Source: Balanoglossus misakiensis (Eukaryota > Animalia > Hemichordata). Taken from it: DNA of 64,000 bases. The translations under genes and the position numbers were made by a program. The DNA is taken from contig CM082589.2 in assembly GCA_040954595.2 (NCBI GenBank), forward strand, positions 1,466,009-1,530,008, written 5' to 3'. This document shows, one piece after another, positions 1-13,800 of this stretch (position 1 is the stretch's first letter; each line of letters starts with the position of its first letter). The notes below the pieces were generated by a model, which saw only the letters and a list, made by a program, of their open reading frames with translations, ran no database searches and was not told where the DNA came from.

Positions 1-1729
1 TTTACTGACACATATGAAAAAATACATCAAAATGTTGCCAAAAAATATAATAAAATATAACGAAATTTCAAAATGTGATGTTACAAATGAATGCTATAGT
101 GCACTGGCACAACAAAATGGTAGGGTGAAATCTCACAGAGTGATCTGTACACTTCTTGAAATGTTACAGTTACGTTCCGACAAAATGGTACTAATCTAAA
201 GACAGTAAAGTCAGTTAAAAATTATTTACTGCAAATTTATCCAACTGTGAATTTTTTGTCATGTTTGAAGTAGATTTCGAAAAAATCAGCGATGATGTTC
301 TGTAAACGTTTGACAAAAAGTAGACTGTGTCGTTACGGCTTGTGTCACACATCTTTGTTACAGCAATGCTAGAGGGGAAACTCCACTGCCAATGCAAAGA
401 GTTGTCAATGCCATTTTATCAAATAAAACAAGTTTTTAAAGGTCAAATCTCTCAGATTCAGTCGACAGTGGAGGTAGGCTTACCTTCATTGGAGTGAGTA
501 GTCATGTCACTTCACCGGTTGTGAAGTCCTTTTCATTTTTCCTCCTTTCAAAATGTCAAAACTCAGCGGTTGAGAAATCAGAGGATGCCATGTGTGAGAG
601 ATGATAGAAGTTGAGGTCCTGATGGACTAGCTTGAACTAAACTGGATGAGGAATAAACTGTGAGAGGCTAATACTTGGCCCACCTACTTCTTCTTGCAAC
701 CGGCCTGCATCACCTACACGTTGGCCTTGAAAAAATACAGGTTCTCAATGAGCTGCCTACCTTCCAGCCGGAATAGCTATCCCACACACTTTGATGGCGG
801 AATAATTCACTTTACTAGGAAAATCAAACAGAGTTATATCAGATAATTCAGTTTACAAGGAAAATCAAACGGAATCATATAACTGTGTAGGTTTTCAACT
901 TGGCTTTTTCTAGTTAAACACTTTCATGTGATGATTCTCAAAAGATCTATCAGCAGTTGACAGAGATGGAAATTTTCACAAATTACTGTCAGACAGTCTT
1001 GAGCAGTGGTTGGAAGCCATGTCATGCCCGTGTTTGACATTTAAGTGATAAATAGATTTTTTAGTTCAAACATTTCTTAATTTAATCCTGCCACAATCAG
1101 TCTGATCATTTTGTTCCCAGTGCTTAGTTTATCCCTCTCCATCCTATCTGTAACTTCCCTGCAATGCCAAGATTTTCCATGGAAAACAATGGACATATTC
1201 CATCATGCAGCAATGAATGATGAAGCCATAGATTTGATGTCTCAACACTATTATATGACACAGCAACCTGTTACATGTACATGTACTTTGTTGCAGTTTC
1301 TTACCTACGTTTTAAAACCACATGAAAAATCACGAGCTAAGCATTTTTAATTCAACCATAATGTGTTTGTGTAAACTTTGTATTGTGTAGTCTTGTTATT
1401 TAGTGCTACATAAATGACAAGGTCGTAGATTTGATTTTAGGGTGTACTTTCTTGACAAAAAAAATCCTACAAAATTAGACGGTAAGGTAGATAGAATGTT
1501 AGATAGAACTGATGCAGAGAGATTTGAGTGTTAGACTGCCCTCATTGTGACAATATAGCACGTCATTGATGTAGCATACCCTCTAAGCCAATACAGTGTG
1601 CCCTCTAAGCCTATATGACATGCTGCTCAGATTCTGTACACCATGTGTAGTTCTTTTTATAGTTCTGCACTGGGGAACGTCAAAAACAGATGAAAGATGG
1701 GAAAGAGTTAGATATTTTATGAGGTTGAG

Positions 1730-1885
1730 GGGAGAGAGAGGCGGAGAGAGCAAGGGAGAGAGAGAGAGAGAGTGTGTGTGTCTTATTCAGTGTTAGAGAG
1801 GAGGAGAGAGAGAGAGATGAGAGAGACAGACGAGAGAGACAGACAGATGGGTAGATCACAGAAGATAGATTGACAGACAGGTAGA
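1730..1885. repeat. (GA)n/(GACA)n low-complexity microsatellite
   Basis: Runs of gagaga, gtgtgt and gacagacag visible directly. Confidence 0.85.
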
Positions 1886-2356
1886 TCACAGGACAGTACA
1901 CTATACAGACAAGTAATGCAAATGTCGTGATGTGTGTTGGGGATGTTGAGGTGATTTCTTGGTTACATCTATCACTAGGGAATGATGTCTTTGCACAATA
2001 TCAGTACTGGCAATCGTGAGATGAGACACCCCAAAAACATAGACGTTCTCTTTGCTTTTTAAACAGGGAAGATATCTTTTCATCCGGCCTACATAAAGGG
2101 AAAGGTATTTGGTCAGATAAAATCTCAGGAGGATAAACTTCCTGTTTCCCCCAAAGCCCACTCAGTGTAACAGGATGGGCATAGACAGCTCAACCCACAT
2201 ATATACAACACTAGGCTGCAATTCACGACATGCATATTTCTTCAAAAGTCAGATATGTATGACAAAACCCACTCTAACCATAGAGGGCATTGTTTGTTTA
2301 AAAAATAATATCAAGTAATTGATCAGATTGAGGCACAACTTCAGTTAAACAAACTT

Positions 2357-2428
2357 TGATTGATTGATTGATTGATTGATGGATGGATGGATGGATGGAT
2401 GGATGGATAAAAAGTGAATTTGTTGATT

Positions 2429-2467
<39 letters not shown>

Positions 2468-2552
2468 TTAATAATTGGATTAATTGCTTGATTGATTGAT
2501 TGCTTGATTGATTGATTGATTGATTAAATGATTGATTGACTGACTGACTGAC
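2357..2552. repeat. Compound tetranucleotide microsatellite (GATT)n(GATG)n(GATA)n(GACT)n
   Basis: Successive tandem arrays of gatt, gatg, gata, gatt, gact. Confidence 0.95.
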
Positions 2553-5500
2553 AGCAAGTACTACACCAGACTATTATTATTTCAGACATTCAGGAGCTGT
2601 CACAGCTATTCAACAATGTCCATGTTTACAGCCTCTAAAAAATTCATCACCATGGTTCAAACTGATAGGATCTGTTTAAGCTCACCTAACTGAGAGACAG
2701 ACTTAATGTCTAGCCGTGACATTTACATTTTACATGCATTACTGTTCCTATTTGCCTGGTCAGCTGACAGTCACAGACAGTCAAGTGTCTATTTAGTGAC
2801 CTAGTAACCGAGTATTTTCAAGAGTCAAAAATCTATCCCTTATGCATGTAATTTTCTTCACTTTTATGACCTGTGCTTTCCTGCTTTTAGACCATATTGA
2901 TAGAGTGCTGCAAAGTCCTGTTTCTTATCAGAAATTTATTATTCTTATAAGAATCTTCTTAAAGAATTTAATAAGAATTTTTTTATTTAAAAAAGAGAAT
3001 AGATTAATATTAAGTTTCTTTGTGCAAAGTGTTTCAGTAACACAGAGAGAAAAGCAGTGTAGACACAACTCAGGGTCATTATTACTTGGCTGAGAGAGTT
3101 GGTGACATGGCAGGTGTTGTGATGGAGAAAGCTGTCTATAAAAAGGAAGTTGTGGAAATTAACAATAGGTGATGTGTCCAATCAGATGAGATCAAGTAGA
3201 TAAGATGACAGGTAGCTAGAGAAGGGGAGGGGGGGGGCTACCGTAGTAATAAATTGACTTTGATGTTTGAATGCCTGACTAGCTGATTTGTTAGAGATAC
3301 CTCTTTCTTGTCTTTGCATCATGAAAGCGAGAGACAGACGACAAGAAAGAGAGAGAGAGACGCACACACACACATGCACACCCACATGAGCTGCTTGCAC
3401 GAAATACCAGACATTCTCATTCTACTCTCTGGACATCATGGTCCAGTTGCTCAGGTACAGAACTCACTAGCAGAGGATTTGGGGTCTAAGACCATGAAAT
3501 TGTCAGGATCCTGTACCCGTAAACATGCTGGATAGAATAAATAAAAAAATAAAAATACTATGGATGTACGAAAAGCACAGCTGAAATATATTGTTAGGGA
3601 TTACTCTTTGTGAAGCTTCTGATCAGTGTCAAATCAATGCTATGTTTTATCAGACCCTGTTGATAAAATGAAATTAGAAATATCCAGCTGGTGAAATCCC
3701 AGTTGGACCATGGCAAATCATGGTAATTAGATCATAAATCAGTCTAGGAAATAAGAGTGTAATCGTTTTACTAATGACTTGAGTATGACTGCGCCAGGAC
3801 ACTTTGTGTGTATCAACCAGACATCATATATTTGACGTTAAATTGTTACAGATGTGGAGTTTCCTTTGGTCTGAGTGCTTTTCATTAGACTTTGAATAAG
3901 AAGTTAGGAGAGGTGACTGTGAGGAAATTATATCACACTTTGCATGTGAAATCTAAGTCAGTCACCTGAAATAATATCAGTATGAGTGCAAATCAGGGTT
4001 AAACATGAATGTGTAAAAGGCACTGTTGATCAAAATTTTCCACGTCATAATTTTATTAGACATTAGTAGCCTTATCAAGTCAGTAAACTTTTGTTCATTG
4101 AAATCTTTATCATAAGAACCGGTACAGCCAGTTTTGAGGTTAAATCCCATAAAAATACAAATCTGTAAGTATGCTGATAACAATAGATTTCATGTTTGGA
4201 CATGAACTGTATCGTTCGGGGCAACAAAATTATTTCAATCATGTGCTGTTTTCACAGTTTGTATTTTCCCTTTAAAGATATAATTTTGCGATCATGTACC
4301 TTAAAAAAAACTTTATGTAGACATATTCAGTGAAATTCACATGAACATAAGTAGGAGTTGTCGGCCATATTGAAAATCTAGTCGTCTACAATTGTTTTCC
4401 GTCTTCCGGTTGTGTAGGTGGCATAGCTGTGAACAGTTACCTAGTGCATGAAAGACTGTCCTGTGTGAAAATGGAGGTCGAATATTCTGGAAAGTGTAAA
4501 TCTGTATGTAGGCAGATTTATCATGTAGGAAGCATGTGTGGCTATGATAGTGGTATTTCAGCTCTGTATCAAAAGCTGTTTTAATTGTTAACAGGATGGA
4601 AACCTGAGATCATTCTACTCCTACTCTATAAAAAAGCAGTGATTAAAAATTCATAGACTATCATCTCTCTTTTCAGTTGGTTTCAGTGTTTTCCGTTTCA
4701 ATTACCACTGTACCTTAATGGTTCATTTTGCATTTTGAAGCACTGTGTAGTGTCTGTAGTCTTAGATGGTGTATCTACCATATTTTGAGTGTCCTCATGT
4801 GTAGTCACAGAGAGTCACATCTCCACATCACTAAATGTACTTGAAAAACGAAGTAGTAGACAATCCAGTCCATATTACTGCTAAATTACATCAGGAAATG
4901 TAGACACAAGAAGTTGCTGTTAATTCCCCATTCCCCCAACTGTTATCCATGCACATTGAAGACCTGAACTTACTGTTATGACAAATGCTATAAAAATGAA
5001 CAGTGCTAGTTTTGTGACTGCTTGTCTTTGCAACTGGCCATGTAAATACATGTACTGGATATTTTACCTATGAACTTTAGAATATGGATGAATATGATCA
5101 CAATTATTTATCTGTGTTAGGATGGAATTTGAGAAATGGAAAAGTTGTGTGGGTAGGACGCTTTGAATGATGACACATCGTTTCTATGTGTCATACACAA
5201 CAACAGTGTCCGTGCTAATGTTTATATGATCATGGGGATGATGTTGTTCTCATTCGGGTAAAAGTGCATGGGCCCGGGCAAGTGAGGTAATCAGTCAGAC
5301 CTACATGTCGATCCCTGTCAAGTTCTGCTGCAGAATAAACTCAAACAAGCTCTAATTTGATTATAACTTGACATAGCTATTTGCTGTTGTAAAATAAGAG
5401 AATATTCCTCTACAAACATTTATTACCATGTAGTATTTGCTTGTATAATTCTTGTATGTCTATGCATTAAGATAGATGAGAGTTGCCAAGCCTTATTTCA

Positions 5501-8500
5501 CAGTCACAAATCCAAGTAAATCTTTGTTACATATCAGTTTTCTGCCCGAAGGATTGTTATTCTTCAGAAGTGGTTGAAAATCTGTTTTCATTTTTGAGAC
5601 TGCATATGTGCCCGATAAGTGTCAGGATTAATGCATGTGTTTCTGGTATCAAAATCGATCGTTTTGAGTCGTGACAACCAGTCATCGCAATTATCCTTTC
5701 TACGAAAATTGCACAGGAAGTACGGATGATTGTGATATTTTCAGTAATTAATATTAAACTTTAATGCACATACAATTCTAGAGAGTAGGTGGTTTTGATC
5801 CGTTTCATAAGACGACTTCGTGGTCAGTCGGGTAGAACGGTAACTGTAGGTTGAGATTGGGTTGGGTTCATTAATACTTCCGCTGCCAGTGTTCAAAGAT
5901 GCGTGAATTAATATCCTTTCAAAGATTAATTGAGTATCATTAACGATTATGCAAATAATCATTGGAGGTTTTGTCACCAACAACCAGCTATGTGATGTTT
6001 TTATTTTTTCATGTCCAGTCGGCCATTTTGGATTACATTGCAATGCCTGATTTTGTTGCTTCCAAAAGTTAACACAATGACGCGGTACAGATTGATATGA
6101 CAAACTTTTACATGCATATCAATTTGCGTCGCAATATAATCCAGTAAAAATCAAGATGAATGTGAAAGAATTTATGATCTGAGTGACCGAACACGACTTG
6201 CTTCATATTAACCTTCGAACAGATGTCGTGCCACTTGCTATGTCTTGATCTGACGTTAAGTGGAACTAACTAACACATGAGTTACGGATTCGGAGAAAGG
6301 CAAAAGTCTTTATTAAACACTGTGTAGGCAGATTCATCACCCAAATATGACAGAGATTTACACTCAACACCCACCTATAAAAGTCCTGTTCACTCTTGAA
6401 GATCACAATTTAGGTCAACCGATTCATTGCCGTAAATTTTCCCGTGATGGGTATTTAATTCTGTACTGCATATCCACGGCAATAAAACAACAATCCTTTT
6501 ATTTTAAAGTCTGCTAATCATGTTGAATTTTTAGCACACCCTGCGTCAAGTTGCTCTTTTTAACGATGAGATCTCAGACTTAAAAGGACAGGAATACTAT
6601 CGGCGTATATCTGTATCTATCTCCATGTGACTGAGTTTGCATTTTGTCTTTGTGGGTGGGTGGGTTTCCATCTGTCTGTATGTGGGTGTGTGTTTCTGTT
6701 TATTGATGTATATCTCTGTGGGTGTGATGTTCCATCTCGTATATCATTCCACAATGTCACAAACTGAAATGCCAATGTCAAATTATACACTAATGTTTAC
6801 GCTCAAGTAGACAGGAACGTGTAGCTTAAATGAGATATTACCGGGAGTTTGTTTTTAATAGCTGTTATTTTTGTGAAGGTACTGTGACACATCCAAGCAT
6901 GGTTTATTATATGATAGGTATTTAATATTAATTTCATAACCATGAAAAATAAATAAATTTATAAATATAGAGATGTCTCATAAAGTTACCCTTTCAAACA
7001 CGAATTTAAATATGACTAGTCTAAGAGGAATTAATGGTCAGTATGATTCAATATGATAGTCCATATTTAGCATCATATATGACAAATTCCAAAATTATAT
7101 TTTTAAAAAGATGACCTTTGTTTTTGTTCTGATTCACTCTTGCTTTTGTGAGTTTGTATCTGAAAATCTTCAGTTCCCTATATAGAAGCTTGTCCACCAT
7201 TTTGAACAAGGGAGTATGTGTATAGGTTAGACTTCATCAAACTGTTGTTTGACATGTTTAAGTCAAGCCTTAAAGATCTATCTCAAGAAACAGACCACTC
7301 CGCACATCCATCAGTCAAGCAATAGACATTTTTTGTGCTCAGAAACAAAAATAGCCAGAATTTTGTGTCCGAGTCGTGGACTTTCAAGTAGAACGTCATT
7401 GCAGTTGAAGTTACCATGGCAATCAAAACAGTAATTCACCAACAGTTTGTGATTAAACTGGTTGTTTAATGCCAGTTCTGTATGATGCTGAAATGATAGC
7501 AACTGATGATGATGTAGGCAGATTGGTGAAGCCATAGGGAAGCCATCTTCCTCAATGTCAAATGAATGTTATATGACTAATATGTCTACAATTGAAATAA
7601 TATCTGTCTTTTGGCAGACAGTACAGGTTGACTTCTTGTAGTGATATTTTCTTATTAACAGTCTCATGATTTTCAATATTTTCTGCAACGTTTTGCTAAA
7701 ACTGACAAATTATACATTGAATGAGTGAGGATGTATCCACCATGTACTGATCTAACTGTTATTGAAAGATCGCCCTCGTTACTGCACACCAGAACTAGCA
7801 TGCGGTTTTTACAAAATAGCTTCCTAAAAGAATGAATAGACGTGAATGCAGTATTGGTGAATGAATATGTCAGTTTATTGGAGTGTGATTTTTATATGAA
7901 AATTTACGTTATTGTTACCATGGCAACCATAATCGTGTGTGTGTCTGTCTGTCTGTCTGTCTGTGTCTCTATGTAAAGTAACCAACAACTCTGAAGTTAT
8001 TGTAAATCTTTGACACATCACGTCAAATACAATCCCCATATATTGATAAAAATGAATAGTATCTTTCAGTATTGAGGGTTATTTTAGGATTTAAATTTAG
8101 TATGAACTAAATTACATTAATGACAAAATATACACGCGACATGTGATCACATACAATACAGACAGGAATGTGAAAATATAAAAGACTTTGAGGGGAACAA
8201 TTGATTCTGAATATTAGAACATTAAAATTCATCAAGCTTAATACAGCACAGTAAATTAACTGATAGAATTCTCAGAAGGATTTTGAGTCATACATTTATA
8301 ATGAATGGAGAAGTAATTTATTCAGAGATGAAATTAATACTGAGATTTTGGATGATAATCGTATTGTCAAACAATGCTGTTAATTAATTTGTACTTACCA
8401 GATTAAAATTGTTATGTGTTGTACTTGTAGTTGTGCCGTTCATAGTTGTTGACAGTAATTGGCGATTTCATTCATAAATACGTCACTGCCATGTGAGGCA

Positions 8501-9094
8501 AGCCGGCATGACACACTACTCCTTTTACATTGATAGTGTGTGTGATAGAGAGAGCACACACACACATACCAGTATATGTCACTGTCTACATGTGGTATGG
8601 CATGTTTTCACAAACATATTGCCATTTGCTAGTAAACCGCCCACACGAAACCTCTTGCCAATTTCAGTTTTTTTTCTCTCTTTAATTTACATATCCCCTT
8701 CTGTTCGATTTTTTTCTCTCAGTTCTGACATCAGAACCAACAAAACCTTTCCACCCACTACGTCCCGACTTCCTGTGTTCATAATAAATTCAACAGGCTG
8801 ACACAGACACTTCTTAACACGTTCAGGACTTTGCTGGTACATGTATATTCACTATGGCAACTTCAAAAGCAGGCAAGTTGTCATCACAAAAGTTCAAACT
8901 GACATTCAACAGTGTTACTAAAATGTAACCTAAACATTATTCCAAAATAAGAATGTATATATGTCAAGTGATGCTTTATATTTTCTGTCAATCTTCCCTC
9001 CACTGATCCATTGGCTATTCCACCATCATGTCATCTGGTTTTCCCATCTTCATGGAATGAAAACGCGACTAATCCCGGAATATTCGCTGATTCC

Positions 9095-9182
9095 TTCCCA
9101 CTAACAATACATACTTCATTACATTCCATACAGATTCAGAGGCAGGTATGGAGTGATAAGGAAGTATGTTCTGTAAACGGGA
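9095..9182 (-). ncRNA. mir-1: pre-microRNA mir-1 (mature 3p arm 9107-9128)
   Basis: Reverse complement of 9107-9128 is UGGAAUGUAAUGAAGUAUGUAU, one substitution (position 11) from canonical miR-1 UGGAAUGUAAAGAAGUAUGUAU with the seed intact. The 5p arm at 9147-9169 (ACAUACUUCCUUAUCACUCCAUA) pairs with it and resembles miR-1-5p. A lower stem (UCCC..UACA / UGUU..GGGA) and a CNNC motif (CAGC) about 18 nt 3' of the mature arm are present. Confidence 0.96.
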
Positions 9183-10714
9183 TAACAGCAATCCCATGTG
9201 TCCTATTCCCGTCTTTTCCCACTCGGTCGTTCCATTTTCCCGGAGTGATCCACACAATGGGTGATCTACGGAATTTCGCTTAATAAAACTAAATCTTGCC
9301 AAGCGAGGATAGCTGTCATATTCTGTTGGATTTCAGTCAGTCTCCACACATGTTGATTCCCATGTTAAGTTGGTCTTGATGCACAAACCACTGAAAGACA
9401 AGAAAAAATGTACCCTTCATCACATTCACACTAAAATGAAACAGGTCCTCCGATTTACATCCATTTGTTTCTGAAACTGACACATGATCTATATAGCACT
9501 CTTTTTATATTTAGATTCTGCTATTTTAAATACGTGAGTTTTAGTCTGAGTAAAGAATAAACAGTGAATCTGTGCGAGGCGGTCGGAGTGATGATGTCAT
9601 TGACTACACCCACCTAACTACTACTACGTCATCGGTGTTTATGTGGAGATCATTTCACGGCACATGTGAGAGGTTCATTAGTTTACACTGCAATGTTTCA
9701 CCAACTGAGAAAATCTAGTAATATTCGAAAATTACTATTGAAATCAATATCAAATACAATTATAGTGTATGAATGAATTCTCTCTCTCTGCACATAAAAT
9801 TCATAAATGACACTCCCTCTATATTCTTTCACAGCGTAAACATATACATTTCCTGATTCTGCCAAATTATATATAGGCCACTGTTGATTTCATATTTACA
9901 GGGCACATAAATTGGTCCACGGATTTCAATTAAACAGTTTTAATTTTGAAAATTAATAGCAATAACTAAATGGACTAAATAATGTAGGTAAAGTACCTGA
10001 ATTTGACATGGAGTAAAAATATGTCTGCTTGGAATGAATACCCATCTGTAATAAAATAATAGAAGTCGCTCTTAGATTCCTTCGGCGATTATAATTTCAA
10101 TATTTATGCAATGGCATAGATATTTATGATTTGTAAAATAATTCATCTGAGCCTGCGAAAAGGTCAGTTTGATTCGAGATAAGCTGTTGTATTTCCAGCC
10201 ACAAAATAATTTAATTCAGAATTTTAAACTGATGGCATCATCATGTTGTTCCACTTTAATGAAATGATGTACATAGTTTCATTTTGTCAAATAATTTTAA
10301 ATTAATTCTTGAACAATCATATATGTGTTTTTAAACATGAATTCCAATTTGTGTTAGTGTCCATGTTATTGTACACGTGTTCACTATTCCAACCCACGTC
10401 TTATTAATATTCATGAGCCATCATAAGCTGTTTCATTCATGTATCTTTCTGGATTGGTATTGGTATGCAAATTCATATTTAGCAATTTCCCTCAAACCGG
10501 ATGTACACTGTGTCAATACAGGTGACATATGTTGTAGTGATGCTGGTAAAAAAAAATGGTATGAATGAATGAATGAAAATTGACCGCTTGATTACACACT
10601 GCAGTATGGCAAAGGTGAAACACAGTTGAGGATTTTAGGTTTGTAGACTCAAAAAATGTAGCAATAAAGTTACAAGTAACAATGATTTGAGAGCAGAATG
10701 AGAACAAGAAAGAC

Positions 10715-10750
10715 AGATCAATAGATAGATAGATTGATTGATTGCTAGAC

Positions 10751-10793
<43 letters not shown>

Positions 10794-10858
10794 CAGATAG
10801 ACAGATAGACAGACAGATAGACAGACAGACAGATAGACAGATAGACAGACAGATCGAC

Positions 10859-10888
<30 letters not shown>
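10715..10888. repeat. (GATA)n/(GACA)n microsatellite
   Basis: Long tandem gata/gaca array. Confidence 0.95.
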
Positions 10889-10889
<1 letters not shown>

Positions 10890-13800
10890 GGGCACAGGAG
10901 ATATAATTGAAGATGTGGGCTGGTGTCGAGACAAGTGAGTGGGTGTGTTTACAATGGGAGAGAAAAAACAGCAGATGTTATAGTCTGTAAAAAAAGTTGG
11001 AAAAACTGATAAAAGGAAGGGAGACAGATTGGATGTAGGAGGAACTAAGGAGTTGCAAAGAGATATAGGTGAAGGGTGAAAAGATGGGCAAGGTTAGAGA
11101 GTGTATGGATGGCTGTGGGACATGTGGAGTAGAATGGAATGGTTCATGGCAGATGGGATGAGACAGAGAAAGGATGAGACATGCTGATTGACAGTACAAA
11201 ACAGACATGATTTGAAAGAGCTGGATGTGAAACAGGATAACATAAAATAAAATCCAGTCAAAGGGAGAATTTCTGACAAAGGGTAAGAGTTGATGCAGTT
11301 GTCTCCACTGTTGTCAAAGAGCTTGTACACTGCGGCTAAACTGACTGGAACAATTCATGAGTTATAAACAGAGCAGCTGAAAACGAAATCGGGGAAGGGA
11401 TTGACGTGACAGAAAGAAACGAATATATAATCCATGCAGGTATTCTTGTACGAATGTCAACCTAATGATGAAGTACCTGTATAATAAATCCAGTACGTCA
11501 ACAGCACAATAGATGAATACGAAATCACTTATTGAAAGCACGTGTTCAGTCGTCCGACCATCTCCATGTCTTATCATGTCTTATCGTATTCCTGTTAACT
11601 CTATAAATCTACTTTCTCTTTTTTTAGAGCTAAGAATTTAATTATCTGATGAAGAGAGGGGGCATTGATTGAAACACACAGATTTTGTCGCCTTGGAAAC
11701 AGTTGTTATAGCAACTGGAAAAGCCACTATGTGTCATGATGTGACATCACTTTACGCGATAGAAGGCACTAGCACTTTACTGTTTAAGTCTTGTGGTAAC
11801 CACTGCTATTTCCAAAGTAGGCCAAATTTTCCTTCCTCCCTCCTTCAAGGAAACTTCTTACACTAAACCACAGTAACACCTAAAACTTTAATAAATCTGC
11901 AACCTTTTATAAAATTTGACATTTGAGATGTGATCAAAAGTACTCATAGCTTTAAGGACAAAAGCTAACCGTATTACTCTATTCATTAATTGTGCAAGGA
12001 GTTTTCACTTATTCTTCTGTGAGAAGTTTGACGTCAGCCAAATGTCTACAGGTGATCTGCATTCAGAATTCTGCTGAAGAGTAAAATTTCAGATTATGCC
12101 AACAAATAATTTTGATAGGAAATCATCACAATGGTGATGACCTTAAAATATCAATTGTATGTTCCCACATTGCTTGCTGGTGAGTTATAAAATAAAAACA
12201 AAAAACTATCCGTCTGCATGATTATCTTACAATGGGGAACTCTATTAGGAAATCGTTTTTGTCGAAGACCGGTGAAGAGATGAACATGTCTTTAAGCGTT
12301 CTTATCTTTTGTTAAGATATTCAAAGCCATCAGCCATTTCAGGTCCATGATTTACTCGTCATGAATTTTTCAACTTGATGGCCAAAAAAGGGGAGGACTC
12401 ACGACAGACACCTAGTGACGGTTTGTAAATCAAGCTGAGTTTTACAAGTCGTAATTCTCATCCTACAGAGTAATTAGTTGATTTTATAATCTTCGTAGCA
12501 AGAACCAACGCGGCGTGGTCACTAGTCAGTACATTTCTCTTAAAAGCAGGGATGCGAGTGATATATAGAGTTAGGAGAAAAAATAAGTGAGCTTCACCAG
12601 TTGTTTAAAAAATAATAAATTAGAACGTGATAACTGTTGCGTGGCAATCGGAGAATCGTTGAACAGAATAAATAGAAGACGAATGTCCATTAAAATCCTA
12701 TTACTGACCTTCCTCTGATTCTAGTGGTGTGGAGAGAGACTACTTACCAGGAAATCGAGCGGACTACGACAGCTGATCAACCACATGCCTTTTTTTGCGC
12801 CGGGCAGAAAGGGATGTAGGGAGAAGAGGTGTGTCCGAGACGTTCTGTGTAGGCGGGATCCGACTTGAGAGAAAGTCGCATCATGAGCAGTCGAGATGCT
12901 GTGGCTATCTGGCTTGCTTGCGTGTTGAGTGAAGGTCTGACCTGAAAGATCAAGTTTTGAAAATGTTGTCGAGCACGTTTTCTTTATGTATGATGTCTGT
13001 CTGAGCAAATCCCTGGTGACTACGATGCATGGCTGTACGTGAATCAGCCTCTGCTGAACAATTGTCAACACAGGACACACATTAATGAGGCTCTGCAATA
13101 GAGAGTTATCGTCCATTCCACCCATATATATGCACCACACATCCGTTCATCACTTACATTCCCCTTGCAAATGGGACTTGGTTCACTGTCTGCAACCCAA
13201 TTGATTTACACCGTGACATTGAAAGGTTAAAGTTCGATTGCAGTGCATTTAGACAGATGAGGACATATTCCCTCTCTGGAGCAGTTCCGAGATCGCTTTA
13301 ATTTCATCGAAAAATTCTGCGTGCTGTGTTTCCGACAGACCGTATCAAAGATTTCCTTTGTAATTGCACTGGAAATCTGATGTCTGCTTACAAATCAATT
13401 ATTTTTACGAAATCTTAACCCACTCTGGTTATTTATAATACATTTCCAGATGGAGTCAGCTACTGATTACTGATCAAACTTGAAACAACATCCAACTTTT
13501 TGTTGTTTATCCCAAGAGTCCTAAATTACATTCTATGGCATGAAATGACAACTCACTCACAAACTTGGATGACTGACTGATGCAAAATCCAAAATTTTGG
13601 TTTCATTTTCTGGTGGATATGTTTATAGGGTCACTAGGTTGTGACATAAATATCTGATTGTAAATTAAGACAAGATAATATTCATGGCCATACTTGCCTA
13701 GTCATACACACTTTACACGTCTGTTGTCCTGAAAATGGCAAAGCAACACCTGCCAACTACAGTATTTACATATTTTCAACGATGATTAAGAAACAGGCCA

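Noticed and set aside
12721-13140. 139-aa minus-strand ORF near the putative mir-1 host exon
   Set aside because: No protein-like features, and it runs through a strong splice donor; better read as non-coding or promoter sequence.
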